A stretch of DNA of 62,414 nt, the filler included, from Catajapyx aquilonaris (lineage: Eukaryota): the NCBI GenBank assembly GCA_000934665.2. It is 3 parts of 3 records of this genome, joined end to end, with 100 filler letters (N's around TTAATTAATTAA, not from the genome) between each part and the next. Parts side by side here need not be neighbours in the genome. Positions count along the whole stretch, not along the records: positions 1 to 15,875 come from JYFJ02007360.1; 2 more parts are not named here. One strand, given 5' to 3'. Positions within the stretch are counted from its first letter, which is position 1. Each line of letters opens with the position of its first letter. The translations under genes and the position numbers were made by a program. Shown one piece after another: positions 1 to 12,637 of the stretch. The notes under the pieces were generated by a model. The model worked only from the letters and a program-made list of their open reading frames with translations. It made no database searches and was not told the DNA's origin.

Positions 1-93
1 GGGGACCGACAAATGTCCCCACAATTGGAACTGGTCCCCACAGCTACAGTAAAACCACAGACTTCCGTCCCCAGACCTTAGTCAAGACCTGAT

Positions 94-364
94 CACACAG
101 GCGCGCATTCCTATCCTTGTGAGGTTTTTCCAAAATTTAAAATTTAAAACTAACCTAACCTACAAGGAAACACGAAATTTTGGCGAAATATATTTTTACT
201 GTCTTTATGAGGTATTTTTTCGATTTTTCCCTATCCTTGTGAGGCGTGTGTTCACTATGAGGTGCAGGAAAACTACCTCGTAATGACAAAATTCCTCGCA
301 AGGATAGGAAAAACGCGTAAAAAATTCCTCCCTAGGGTAGCAATACCCGCCCACACACACACAC
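94..364. mobile_element. Non-autonomous DNA element bounded by CA repeats
   Basis: Motif cctatccttgtgagg twice directly and once inverted, a ctaacctaacct microsatellite, and a (CA)n flank. A related partial element occupies 1-93. Confidence 0.45.
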
Positions 365-451
365 AAATATATTTTGCCTGTCCTTTTCAGCTTGCGTTCC
401 ATTCATTTCTTCCTGAGCAACGCCGGGTATGGCAGCTAGTGACTAATAAAT

Positions 452-697
452 GAAGAGCACAGGGGAAAAACGGGGAATGTCACACAAAAAATGTCCATGA
501 AAAATCGAAGAAATAGCTTTATTTCTTCACGTGTCTAAAGAATAATAAGGATATCTTCACGTCATTATATGCAACTATCGCCCTTGTACCCATGGAAAGC
601 CTCCAGGTATAAGTGTCACCTATGCTACTATTGTACTGTGCACCTGGCAGGAACCCCAACGGAATTTGACATTCCCCGTTTTTCCCCTGTGCTCTTC
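452..697. mobile_element. MITE with 31-bp TIRs and a 4-bp AAAT TSD (Sola1-like)
   Basis: gaagagcacaggggaaaaacggggaatgtca and its perfect reverse complement at 667-697, with AAAT on both flanks. Confidence 0.75.
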
Positions 698-1970
698 AAA
701 TGTTTTCATGCAGTTCTTTTATGAACCAGGAATTTGCACCTACTCCAGACCAAGTCGTGAGAAACTTGTCAGAATGTTTTAGAAGTGATGACAAGCTGGT
801 ACTGAATTATTGCACAGAACAGGCCTGGGGTGGAAGAGGTGAGCAAATGGGTGTCAAAAGACAATCAAATGCAGATGGCTTCCATATACTGTATATCCAT
901 GCACCTGTCTTTCCAAGTACAGTCCATGTTCTTGTATACCATGTGAAACTCCAGTGAAATGACCTGTTGCTGGAGTTTTGCCAGTAAAATTACACATGCC
1001 ATGTAAAAGGGCACCATCAGACACTCTATGGTGCTGGTCGCATTGCAAAGCGACAATGCAGAAAGAAAATAACAAATTCCCAAGATGATCGTAATCCTAG
1101 CATGCCTGTTGGAATGCATTGCCTCCTCCACCCACAACGAGAGACTCAATCCAAGAGGAAGTAAATATGTGAATGCAATTTTGGCCCTTACACATCAATA
1201 ACAACAGGCATGCAGCAATTTTTCTTCTTCTCACCACTCCCAAATTTTTCAAGCAAACACGAAGCCATGCATATAAGAATATCATTGTTGCGCCAGACAC
1301 CTCCCCCTTTTCAAAAAGCATCGGCCAATACACAAGGCACCCTCTGTCATCTGATAGTGTACGAAAGTCTGATTTTTGAACCAATACTACAGCACCAGTT
1401 TTTAAGCAAATTCGTTGGAACATGAAGACTGAATCAATCATTTAGGTTGCTTCACTGCCAATTCCCCCTCCCTTGTTCTAGATCTAAGGTGGTCGTACCG
1501 GTTATGGCCATGCTCCTGATATGCCGACCCCGCTATTGTGAATTAACTAACAAAGAAATCCACTATATGGCATCAGCAGCCAGTGAGGGGGCCTCTAAGT
1601 GTGTCACTTGATCATTTCCCATCCACCCAGGTTGAGCCATATGGCCTGAGTTGCCTGATTTTCGTTTTTCGTGTGCCTCTTCTTGTTTTTCTCATGTACG
1701 TCTCCTTTGTTTTATGCATGTTTTTCAAATACATTTTTCATGAAAACCATCGTAAGCTATTCACTTTTTAATGCTCTTTTGATTGATGTTGTCGTGGATG
1801 GCGTATGTTTTACGATTTGTTCATAATCAAACAATTTTCGTAAAAGCTGACCTGCTCCTGATATGGCCACATCAAGTGCACCATGGCCATATCAAGTATT
1901 ACATTTTTATTTGTGCCAATTGCGAACAGTAATTTGTTTTACCAATCTCATTTTTCTATTATTCTATTAG

Positions 1971-2277
1971 ACCGAAGCAGGTTGGTGTAGTGGATATGGA
2001 GTCCGCCTGCTAATCAGGAGGTCCTGGGTTCGAGGTTCGAATCCCGGTGCCGGCAACTCTGACCGTGGTTTTCTGTGGTTTCCCACGGTTCCTCCAGGTG
2101 AATACCGGAGTTGTTTCCTAGCTAATAGGCCACAGCCGCTTCCTTCCATCCCTATCCCGTCCCAAAAAGCGAAATAAAGTTTACAAGAGTTCCAGCCAAA
2201 AAAACAAATCTCCCCCCTAAAAAGCCAGAACGGCTTCAATGGGGTATGATATTATATTATTATTATTATTATTATTA
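1971..2277 (+). mobile_element. tRNA-derived SINE family A (tail type 1)
   Basis: A box TGGTGTAGTGG, B box GGTTCGAATCC, (ATT)n tail, 15-bp TSD ctattattctattag. Eight related copies in the window. Confidence 0.9.
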
Positions 2278-2858
2278 CTATTATTCTATTAGTATGGAAT
2301 CGCTACGATCCCAATGCTATTTTCCCGACTTCATAACTCCGCGATCGGGTTAATCGATTTCAAATCGGAAACAAGATTTACACTCCGCTCACTACGTTTC
2401 AAACTTTAGATAGATAAACAACAACTAGGGCCATTACCGGGGTCATTAGCCGGGGTCATTAGCCGGGGTCAAAGTTCAAAAAAGTGTCGTTAGTCGCACC
2501 AGGGTACAGCCTAAACGGTGCGTCGTAGAGGGTCATACAATCTGTTATTCGAACCGCAATGTTCCCAGGGGGTGCCCTCCTGCCTACCTTTTTTTGAGAA
2601 AAACCTTTACTTTTTGAGCTACAAGGCGATTTCGAGAGTGTCAGTTTTGTGGCTCTCGCTCCCTTTCTGTACCGAGACTGAGGGTGGCGTTGAAGTCCCA
2701 TTGTCCCCATAGTAAACGTCTTGCTCTTTCCTGAAGTACAGTACTTGGTACACACAAATATCGTGCCTTGTCGAAGGGGTCAATAACACACTACGTCGTG
2801 TTATTTTTAAAACCTGCCATTTCTTTACATTACTTTATTCTGATGATGAAAAGAATTA

Positions 2859-3219
2859 AATAAAAATAAGCAGTAAAACTGCCGAAAACCATTCTTCCTC
2901 TGGGTGAGATTAAAAGTAAGAAACAAGTCCATAGGTGGGGGTTGGTTCGTGTCATAGGGATGTGTGATAATCAAATTTAATTCAAAACATTTGTGCTTTG
3001 GGTCTGGGAAGAATTAGGCAGATATCGCTTTTATGTACTCCTCCGACTCTCATACTCTGCCTAATTCTTCCCAGCCCCAAAGCACGAATGTTTTGAATTA
3101 AATTTGATTATCACACATCCCTATGACACGAACCAACCCCCACCTATGGACTTGCTTCTTACTTTTAATCTCACCCAGAGGAAGAATAGTTTTCGGCAGT
3201 TTTACTGCTTATTTTTATT
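2859..3219. repeat. Long foldback palindrome (about 164-bp arms, 33-bp spacer)
   Basis: 2859-3022 is the near-perfect reverse complement of 3056-3219. Confidence 0.9.
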
Positions 3220-5148
3220 GTCTTGTGCTATTCTCTTGAATGATTTCAAATTGTTTTTTTTTCTTGAAAGAAATTGTAATGTCAATTTTGCAAACTATCT
3301 CATTTTTAATGGCAATTCCTGTTGGGAATCCACTTTTGCATAACAAAAAAGATTATTTCGTATCATGTTTATTGATTTCACACTAAAATCATTTAATTTC
3401 AGCATAACTGTACTATGAAACTGGTAAAAATCACGAATTGTATATCATGGAACAAGGATAGCCATATCATGTGCACATGTTCCTCATATGGCCACTGTGT
3501 CGACTTTTGGAATGAAATTTATTATTATGACACTCTGTTAACCTGGGAACAATTACGAAAAAAAATGTTTTGATTTTTTTTTCTTCAAAAAGGCGGCAAA
3601 AAAAATTCTCAAACCTTAGCATGGCCATAACCGGTACAACCACCTTAGGCTATCTAGACATTCTAGCTAGAGCATCATAGGGAAGAGGCTATGTACTCCA
3701 GGGACCAGCTTAAAGAGAAGCCACAATCACAAGTTAATGTTAACTTATGCTTCCAAGTTCCAATATATGGGTTGCTCAAAACTTTTTATACTGGCTGCTG
3801 GAGTAAACGAACCATAACTGGGATCTTGGTATGTACGAGTATCAGAGTCTGCAGAGCATCTTCACTGCTGTTGCTGTTGTCAGTGCAGCAGGTTTCATGA
3901 TCAACTTCCGAAAAAGATACCAGAGGTATTTTTCATACAGTCACATTCATTGTTAAATTTTTTTTATTGCCAAAGGCGCCTACCAAATCAGTTAGGTTAT
4001 GTCTTTACGAATAACCCAACTTCTCCTTCACATCCTTGATACTTGGAACTCACAACCTGATGAATAGTGCGTTCTCTACCCCTATTCAATTTCGATGACA
4101 CGATGTGCGTCCGGATCATACTCTTGCTTGCCTGAAATCAAAGGAAGATCATAGGACTTAAATTACTGATCTCACGTAATTTTGAATTTTAGAAGATAAT
4201 CACTAGCTACAGGATTACAGGTATGAAACAATATAAGCATAGGGAAAAGTAAGGCCATTTCAAAAGTTGCAATATGCACTCCAACGCAACCACAATGCTT
4301 TACGATTAGGAACCCATGTGGATTCTACAGATTGTTGGTTGGGAACAAGCCCTTACAGAGGCTCTGGAATAGGGTAGGCTGTAGCGTATCCACTTTTTTC
4401 AGAGAATACGAAAGAAAATCGAAAGAAAGAGATAGGGTGCAAGAAGTTTAATTGAGTATAGCGAGCGCAGAGAGTGCATAAGAAGCAAGCGCAAAGCAAG
4501 AGACTTATGCATTCAGTATGTTATCGAGATACTCCATGAATTTACAGCAACGGAGGGCACTTTCTTCTCGGAGGGGATGAAGCTGCTAAATATAGTTTTG
4601 GTTTTATCAGCTACAGAAATGTTGTTAGAGAAAGGTCATTTAGGGCTTTTCCTAGCATAAAATATATCCCCACGCAATAATTCACCAACAAAGATTGAAT
4701 CACCTGAGTACCTGACTTTGCTCAGTGCACCGTATGCAAAGGCCAAAACCAAGAACTGGACTTGAAGGCAGTGAAAAAATGAATTAATCAGTCCCACACA
4801 GAATAGACCTCCCACACAGAATATAAATATTCGGACCCTTCTAGTGATTCTCAAACTGTTTGGCGTGACCCACAGGGTGTGCAAGAATTTTATCGAAATT
4901 AAAAGTATATTTAATTCAGTCTAATACAAAAAAAACAATATTTATTTAGAGAACAAAGAGATTAAGTTTTGTAATTATCTGAAAAACACCTATGTTTATT
5001 TACTTAAAAAACTACAATAGTAAGGTATATAATGGCAATCTAAGACTACTTCGTGCCCTACCCACTTTAGCTTCCGTAGCTACTGTCTTATCCAATTCCC
5101 TGTAGTAAACTGCAAAGTCAGGATATCCCATCTAAAGCACAGTTCTAC

Positions 5149-5337
5149 CTATAGGTTACATGTAAATAACTCACTGCAATTGGAAAGGGTTCGCAGGTAT
5201 CCTGGTTTGTGTATCAAACAGGACCGTAGAGTTTTGAACGTGGGCAATGGTCCTCCAGCCGCATCAACGTTGGATCCAGACCCTGCAGTCACTTGAGGTT
5301 GAGTATTTGAGACTGGAGATTCAGGATTCCCAGCAAT
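5149..5337 (-). CDS. M16A peptidase-like terminal exon (an alternative splice 5175 to 5099 would end at TAG 5080)
   Basis: CTCCAAG acceptor, phase 0, continuing RKISIQ|IAGNPES..LPTFKTLRSCLIHKPGY. Minus-strand AATAAA at 4995-5000. Confidence 0.65.
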   Translation of the reverse strand: MAGNPESPVSNTQPQVTAGSGSNVDAAGGPLPTFKTLRSCLIHKPGYLRTLSNCSELFTCNL

Positions 5338-5403
5338 CTTGGAGATAAATGCAATATTGCAGCACGCATCAAGGGATTATCAAGGACATACACGTTGCCT
5401 TAC

Positions 5404-5886
5404 CTGAATACTGATTTTGCGGAAGTTATTCTCAGAATTGTTGATAAACCAAAATCTTGACCAATCAACAATGGTCCGAAGGGTTATTCTCTTCATATGA
5501 TTCTTGATAAAAAATGCAACATTGCGATGAGAAATAATGCATGCCATGCTATTCACTACTGGACTTACTATGATGCACTGCACATCTGCGTCTGTTGCGC
5601 CAGCACGTAGATGAGAAGCGACAATAGGGGGCGCACGATCCATCACGTCCTTCTTGGCCTGACGAACGACCCAGCCCGGGATGTGATTAAGGCGGGAGGT
5701 AGACACTTCCAGATATTTGTCTAGGTAATTGTCCAGAAGTGAGACGGAGAGCAAAGAAGATTTGGTGGCCACGCTCAAGAGCAGCCCATAGGCCTTATGG
5801 TGATACACTCTTTTGGCCTCAACCAAGAAGCCCCGATGTTGTCCAGTCCGGATGACTTTGTCGCACTCCATGTAGTTTAGAAGTAT
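5404..5886 (-). CDS. M16A peptidase-like exon(s); probable in-frame 66-nt intron at 5503-5568
   Basis: TTTCAG acceptor and CAG|GTAAGG donor. Encodes ILLNYME..IRTGQHRGFLV (LRTxxQLGYxV motif) and ..FRKISIQ (RKLSVQ motif). Confidence 0.8.
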
Positions 5887-5962
5887 CTGAAAGTAGGTCT
5901 TTCCATTAAGACTGTGCAATATGAGGGCAAGGAGAAGAAAGTGAGCCATGAAGTTTTCTCAC

Positions 5963-6115
5963 TGCCAAGATGCTCAGCATGGTGAATGACTCAGGCGCAA
6001 AAGGACCGATGTGGTAGTAGTTGGTCACTACAGTAGTGGTGTCTCTCCGATTGAAATTCGGAACCTTCAAGAGCAGGATTCTCTTCTCTGGCTTGATGGC
6101 TCTGAATCGCCGATG
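5963..6115 (-). CDS. M16A peptidase-like exon
   Basis: Manual translation HRRFRAIKPEKRILLLKVPNFNRRDTTTVVTNYYHIGPFAPESFTMLSILA (nardilysin-type KxFNxxDxNSxxTxYYQxG). CCTTTAG acceptor and GCA|GTGAGA donor. Confidence 0.85.
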
Positions 6116-6870
6116 CTAAAGGCAGAAAAGGGCGAATTAGGTTTTCGCATTTTGGATAACTATACTACTGTACTTACGGATTCAGTGATGGGGACAAATC
6201 AATTTGGATTTTAATTAATTCAAAATTAATGAATGGAATTCAATAATTGACTTTCATTTACAACAACCCTACATGAATGGAATTAACTCGTCACTTACTT
6301 CAGGCTATAGCCTAGGGGGAGGGTGGGAGGTTTAAGAAGTTACAGCAGAGCCTGCTTATACAGCACAGATCTGAAATTTTGACATGAAATGCTATCAATG
6401 GGTTTCTGTTTAATACGAAAAAATCTGGTACTGTATGAATGATTGTGTTTAAGCGGGGTCCTAAATACCAAAAGGGTGCAAGTGTCCCATCTTGCCCCAT
6501 ATTCGGGGCAAGATGGGACACCCTTTGGGGCAAGATGGGACACCATGTTTACTTGTTTATTGAGTCACACACACATCATGAACTGTCTCGTTGTCAGACT
6601 CGTCTATACCTGCACAGGCACAATGTGTCCCCATATCACACACTCCATAAGACACCCATACTTCATGGTATTGGGAATAGAGATATTCACAATAAAGACA
6701 TGAATGTCATCTGAGTCGCCAGCATCTGCATCAGGGATTTTCTGATGCCATTTAATTTTTTAGATTTTCTTGGAATATCTTTTGGAAACAAAATCTTGTC
6801 CAATAATTTGTTCCCTCCAAATTAACTTTTCTGCATGATGGGGATATACCCATCTTGCCTGTCCCCGCGA

Positions 6871-7152
6871 AGCTTTTCCAAGTGCTCCGCGAAGAGGTTG
6901 GGAAAAAAAGGAATTCTTCAATAAGCTATACCCATTCAAATCTCTCAGTAGCTTGTGTGACCTTGAACCCAAAAAAATTTCGCCTGCGGCGCTCTTTCGC
7001 CCCTCCCATTCTAATTTACTCATTTGGCGCTCCCCCTCCCCGCTCCAACCCAGATTTTTTTTTCTGCTTACGCGGCTCGATGATCTTGGTGCTCCGTCAC
7101 GAATATCTCTCCTGAAAAGTGCTCCGCGACTCAAAAAGTTTGGGAACCTCTG
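6871..7152. mobile_element. hAT-like MITE, partial
   Basis: Right end aagtttgggaacctctg and repeated gctccgcg motifs. Confidence 0.5.
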
Positions 7153-8085
7153 TACTAGGGTATGCGGCACGGACCTCTTTTGTAACTTGTAGTACATAGA
7201 CCATATTTTTGAAATGCCCGGGCCCACGGGCAGGATAATAGGAGGGGATGTGCAAGGTGCAGTGCAATGTCTTAATGTGGCTATTTTTAGTGAACTCCCC
7301 CGGGTGGTTTAGTCTGTTGGAAATACCACCCGAGACGAAGCCAGAGGTGACCCTTATCAGAATAGAATTGAAAAAGAAGAACCTCGAAATTGATTGCTTT
7401 CATTTAAAAATGCACCACATTTTTTTGGAATTGAACCAATCTCTGGAAGTCAGACAGGAAGATGATTTTCAAAATTAATTAAGTTTGTGTCTTTCAATTC
7501 ACTGAAAACTATATCCTTCACCATTCAAATCAAATTGCTTGCATTCCATGAATGAAATATCCAGGACAAGATTTCAGTATTATTTAAGTTGCTACCAAAG
7601 TATACACGTGAGATGCATTTCTAACCAATAACAAGAATTCAATACCCTCTCTAAAGGTCCATGCTACATAACATGAGGTCAAGCACTTCCTGGATTATTA
7701 TTATTATTATCATCATCATGATTATTAATTCTCCCTCTCTCTCTCCCTCCCTCTCTCTGCAATAATAGTCACACAACCCACACTCAACCTGGCTCTTCGA
7801 TTTACAATAATTCCATGCACTGCTGCGATTATCCATTCTTCTTCATTCCATTCCATTTTACTGGGATAGCCTACTTTTCCTAGTCCCTGTGCTCTGGCTT
7901 TTTAAGGTTCCTTTTTAAAAATATTATATTCGCAAAATATACATTAATGGCATTATATTGCAGTCCATTCTGTTCATAGTTATTATGCATTCCCATGTAA
8001 TAAAACAGATAATGTCACAATTATTTGTATTTGACACTGCGTCATTTCAACCTCAGGTGTCTCCTTCTGGTCACTCTTTGTAATA

Positions 8086-8548
8086 CAGTGGAGCATCGAT
8101 TATCCAAACAGAGTCTGCCAAGGGGGTGTTTGGATAACTGATTGTTCGGATAACCGATCATTCACGGAAAAAAATTGTACCGGTGTCACAGGAGCAATAT
8201 GAAACTAAGAAACAGTGATATTAATCACAAAACTGTATATTTTCTGTCACAGGCATGCATGTCTTAAAAATACTGTACATATACCTTACTCTCCTTACAT
8301 GAAGTAGTCCTACAGTTTGGAGGGGGGGGGTGGGGGGAAGGGCAACTTCTTTCGCTTGAGAGCCGAGGCTCGTTTTTTGGCGGCTAATCTGCAGCGCCAC
8401 AGCACTAGCGACCACTAGCAGAACCACATAGGGTGTTTTTTTTTGTTTTTTTTGTTTTTTTTTGTTTTTTTGTTTTTTTTCCAACCCGAAAACGTTCGGT
8501 TAACCGATGGTTCGGTTGATCGGTGTTCAGATAATCGATGCTCCACTG
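8086..8548. mobile_element. Tc1/mariner-pogo (Tigger-like) MITE
   Basis: TIR cagtggagcatcgattatc / gataatcgatgctccactg, with a TA left flank. Confidence 0.78.
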
Positions 8549-8799
8549 CATTACCAATAGGTATTATTGATTGTTTCTCCGACATTTTAAAAAAGTGATC
8601 AATTTTCAGTCGGGTTATTTTTTACAGATATAAGGTGGGTTGCATCAATTAAGGTTGACTGAGGACTGACAAATTGTTACAGTAATTCACTTTTGCCTAC
8701 TTTAAAACATATTGCTTTAAACAACGAATTAAAATCATAATTTCTCTGTCGTTTGCATGACTAAAAACAAAGCAGTTTCCATCTTTGTTAGTCTACATA

Positions 8800-9056
8800 A
8801 GGGCTTCCCAATCTGTTTCGTTGTTGGCACCCCCAGAAAATCGTCTTGTAAAATTCGCGACCCCTGCTTCCAATTTCAACCCCCATTGTCAATAGCAATC
8901 ATTGATAAATTGATAAAATTTCTCGTTTACAGGAATATGTTTTCCAAGAGATATAAATGATTTTGTTAAAATATAGCTTGTTACCTTCTCTCGTGACCCC
9001 AAATATTATGTTTGCTACTCTAAATGGGGTCGCGACCCACACTTTGGGAAGCCCTG
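8800..9056. mobile_element. hAT (Charlie-like) MITE
   Basis: agggcttcccaa.. / ..ttgggaagccctg ends, with ggggtcgcgaccc subterminal motifs. Confidence 0.65.
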
Positions 9057-9473
9057 GTCTACATTGTTTATTGCCCATGTCAAAGGCATTGTCAACATTG
9101 TTTCACGTTCAGACAAAGATGTAAATTAGTCCATGATATAGGCTAGAATGATATCGGGGACTTCAAAGGCACAAACTCAGTGTAATGTTCTCTCTTATAT
9201 GGATAATTAATTGAAGTGAACAGAAATGAAAAATGAATGGAATTATGATTGAAAAATAAGAACATTTGAAGTTGAATAGAATGGCCTGATTGTAAGCGAA
9301 TAGAAGTGAATGGCAATGCAGTTCAAGTGCACTGAATTAAATTGAATGCAGAATGAGCTTTCAATATTGACTTGAATTAATTATTTTTGCAAACAATAAT
9401 ATTGTGTCCATTCCTGAAAGGCTCTTATCCACAAGTTGAATCTAGAAGGTAAAGGTGGGCAATCACAACATAC

Positions 9474-9693
9474 CTCCTCTGAATCTTGCTCCATCCGATA
9501 TGGGAAACAATGTTCGATGGTATTGGACATGTACCGGCGTCCTCTGGCAGACATCTTGCCTTTGAACTCACATCCCACAATGAAGGTTGTATCGAAGAGC
9601 TTCTTAAAGGCATCCTGGGTTAATCGTTGAATCATTTGGTGTTTGTCAACAGGGTTCCAGTTAGTCTGTTGCAGTAAGGCTTTGAGAAAACAT
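9474..9693 (-). CDS. M16A peptidase-like exon
   Basis: CCCTAG acceptor, phase 2, and GAG|GTATGT donor. Encodes LLQQTNWNPVDKHQMI..GCEFKGKMS (compare nardilysin WSxIDKxxAL..GLVQGN). Confidence 0.8.
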
Positions 9694-10070
9694 CTAGGGA
9701 TATGCAAATAGAAAAGTTTCTCTGGTCATATTGCAGAAGAGGAATTACATGATTCATACATACGAGGACGTGAGGACTCACTCAATATCAAACCAATGAT
9801 TCTTATACTGTGTCCAAACTTCACTTTCAGTTTGCAATTTTTATGCACAAATATAAATTTTAGGGTCAAGCAAAAATATGATAGGCTACTACATAGAGTA
9901 TTAGGTTGAATTTATGTAATACTGTACTTCAAGACATGAATAAGTTCACTAAATTTTTGAGCTTTATACGAGTATATTGAGAAGGAATCAGTCTTTTGTT
10001 CTGCAACAACCCTCCTCATTCAATCCTGCTGAGTATTTGAAAGTTTCGCACATTTAATATTATTATTATT

Positions 10071-10364
10071 GGTGACACGGTGGCCGAGTGGTTAGCGCCG
10101 CAGCCTTCCACCTCTAAGGTCCCGAGTTCGATCCCCGGATCAGACGGAGGATACTTATGTGGATAGAGTTTCGATGGGTTCTCTCCGTGTTCGCGTGGGT
10201 TTTCTCGGGGTTCTCCCGTTTCCTCCCACTATCAAAATCCATCACATTACAGGCTAATGATTAAAGTCGGTTATTCAAAAGATGATCCTCTAAGAGGCTC
10301 AAGGGGCCTATCACGGGGTATCCATTATTATGATGATTATGATGATTGTGATGATGATTATGAA

Positions 10365-10395
<31 letters not shown>

Positions 10396-10416
10396 ATTAT
10401 TATTATTATTATTATT
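10071..10416 (+). mobile_element. V-SINE-like element (family B) with a (GAT)n/(ATT)n tail
   Basis: tRNA head (TGGCCGAGTGG; GAGTTCGATCC) plus a V-domain-like core ttctctccgtgttcgcgtgggttttctcggggttctcccgtttcctccca. Confidence 0.82.
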
Positions 10417-10468
10417 GAGATCTAATTTATAACTTGCTAAAGTAACTGTTTGAAGACAAAGAGACTTA

Positions 10469-10766
10469 ATATAATAATAATAATAAATAATAATTCATAC
10501 CCCGTTATCAGTCATCGGCTCTTTAGGGGGGAAGTTAGTTTTGCTTGGAACTCTTTGCTTTCATTTTACTGCGCTCTTTGGGATAGGATAGGGACGGAAG
10601 GAAGCGGCTATGGCCTATTAATTACGGAAACAACTCCGGAATTTTCCTGGAAGGACCGTGGGAAACCACAGAAAACCACTGTCAGAGTTGCCAGCCCCGG
10701 GATTTGATCCCAGGACCTCCCGATTAGCAGTCGGACACCATATCACCTCCTCCAAACTGCTTCGGT
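10469..10766 (-). mobile_element. SINE family A
   Basis: Reverse complement of the 1971 element, with an (ATT)n tail. Confidence 0.88.
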
Positions 10767-11030
10767 TATAAAGACACTTAGTTATTATAGAAACTCTGGC
10801 AAAAAAAGCTAAGTGAGCACTTGCTTAAAATGCATCTCGCTGTCAGTGTTCAGTACTAGTAACAACCATACAGGATGTATCTAATTCAATAAATCATCTA
10901 AGATGAGGGCTGTCACTGGCAGTTTCATGGCAGATGTGCCGGACAATATATTATTATTATTGGTCCAGCAGTGGTCTCATTGGCTTCAATGTGGAGGAAG
11001 CTTGAATTAACCATGCACTGCAAATCATTA

Positions 11031-11737
11031 CAGGGTCATCTAAAAAGAATGTCCCTATTTTAAAACCATATAACTCGAAAACTTGCAGACATATCTTAAT
11101 GATTTAAGTTTTGAAATGCTAAGAAATGTCTTATGTTTTGGTCTCACATACGTTTGTTTTGATATGACTCCATTTGTCGCTCGAAAAATGTAAATACGGT
11201 AATCGGTTCATGCCTAGCCCAATCAGACATGTCTGAAGTCACCATTGTGATCCAGTCCCATAGGTGCTGGAGATGCCTGATCTTTTCACCATACATGACT
11301 GTGTCTCCACAAAAAAAGTCAATTGGGGTCAGATCTGGGGATGCTAGGCATGGGGAAACTTTTCATTCAAGACTTTGCACACTGGGGGGCTGAACAAATG
11401 AAACTTTCCTATCGTAGGATTATATCATGCATGGGGTGACTTTTTATGTGCATCATTAATAACAATGTGTGTGGTGTAAAGGCCCATCATCACCAGCACC
11501 TAAGGGATAGGATCACAACAGTAACTCCAGGTATCATTGAGCGGGTTTGGCTAGAGACTGAATACCGTCTTTTTAATTTGCTGAGAAAAAAATGAAGCTC
11601 ATATCGAAAAACAAACTATGGTGAGACCAAAACTTTAGACATTCCTCAGCATTTCAAAACTTAAATCATTAAGATGTGTCTGCAAGTTTTCGAGTTATAG
11701 GGTTTCAACATTGGGGCATTCTTTTTCGATGACCCTG
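11031..11737. mobile_element. Tc1/mariner-derived foldback MITE with long TIRs
   Basis: TA-cagggtcatc ... gatgaccctg-TA, arms over 200 bp, and an internal SPDLTPIDFF transposase remnant on the minus strand. Confidence 0.85.
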
Positions 11738-11816
11738 TATTTCCTACCATTCATAGGCGTGGATTTGTACAGCCATTGTGTTGATTTGAAACACTAAAAG
11801 TCATGAATCAGCTCAC

Positions 11817-11950
11817 CTGCTTAGATCAATGGGCTGCATGCAGACCCTCTCATAGGTCTTCAGGACCATGTCTTTTCCCATCTCAAATTCAGTGTCACTG
11901 ACGTTGTTCGGAAAACCTTTCATGTGGGCGGCAATTGTTCCCACCATTGT
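11817..11950 (-). CDS. M16A peptidase-like exon
   Basis: Manual translation TMVGTIAAHMKGFPNNVSDTEFEMGKDMVLKTYERVCMQPIDLSR. CTGTAG acceptor, AG|GTGAGC donor, phases fit. Confidence 0.8.
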
Positions 11951-12011
11951 CTACAGTGAATGCATCACAGAATTATTCAATGCATTCAAGGTATCTTCAA
12001 TCATAACTCAC

Positions 12012-12358
12012 CGGAAGTCGATTTGAAATTCCCGACACAGTGATGGTCAGTATACGCTCACTGTTTCGCATCGTCCACTTCATTCCGGCATGGCTTGCTG
12101 GATAAAGATCCGGAGTCACTCTTAGTCGCAGGAGAAGAGTGTAAAGATCCAGAGCAGCAACAAAATCCACTCCGATATCTTTGTTAGCACATGCAATCTC
12201 AAATTCGCCCTTTCCTTGGTCAATTTTTACCCCATAATTCCCTGTTTCATATACCTCAAGAATACCTGGACTCAGGTACTGGTTCTCGTGTGGAGGGAGC
12301 TGAAATTCAGGGAAGGGCTGCACAAGGCTTACAGTCGAAATTAGTTCTGGAGAGAAGT
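12012..12358 (-). CDS. M16A peptidase-like exon
   Basis: GTTGCAG acceptor and CCG|GTGAGT donor. Encodes FQLPPHENQYL..LYPASHAGM..LTITVSGISNRLP (compare LxLPxxNxFI and LxIxVxGFNxKLP). Confidence 0.85.
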
Positions 12359-12419
12359 CTGCAACAAACGAGATAATAATTAAGAACAAACATTAAAACC
12401 TGTAAAATGTGACCCTTAC

Positions 12420-12549
12420 ATGCAACTTGATATTCAAGTTTGGTCCAGTATTCGGTGTTGAAGCCAGAAACATTATTAGCATATTCCTGGGACAAATACA
12501 TGATATTGGACTTGACCAGTGTCATTTCATTCATGAACTTACGAATGTA
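12420..12549 (-). CDS. M16A peptidase-like exon
   Basis: TTTCGCAG acceptor and T|GTAAGG donor. Encodes YIRKFMNEMT..TEYWTKLEY, with phases matching both neighbours. Confidence 0.8.
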
Positions 12550-12637
12550 CTGCGAAAGATAAAGGCTCATTGAAACAATTATTACTGTAACGTATTATCA
12601 TAGGCAGGCTATATTCCATTTGGAATGAATCACTCAC

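Larger units (their letters stand above)
1487..3645. mobile_element. Non-autonomous TIR element (TA TSD) carrying a nested SINE and a palindrome
   Basis: About 28-bp TIR aggtggtcgtaccggttatggccatgct / agcatggccataaccggtacaaccacct, TA flanks, and repeated atatggcca subterminal motifs. Confidence 0.75.

Noticed and set aside
854..1441. Several 70-115 aa ORFs on both strands
   Set aside because: No recognisable homology or consistent exon structure.
1971..2055. tRNA-like A/B box sequences here and at other SINE heads
   Set aside because: They continue into SINE bodies with tails and TSDs, so they are not tRNA genes.
4380..4700. Possible solo LTR on the minus strand (TATA-like and poly(A)-like signals)
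   Set aside because: I could not find matching TG..CA ends with a TSD.
5380..5949. 189-aa ORF with an apparent signal peptide (MAHFLLLALILHS)
   Set aside because: The hydrophobic start is translated polypyrimidine intron sequence. The real exon begins at 5886 and belongs to the peptidase gene.
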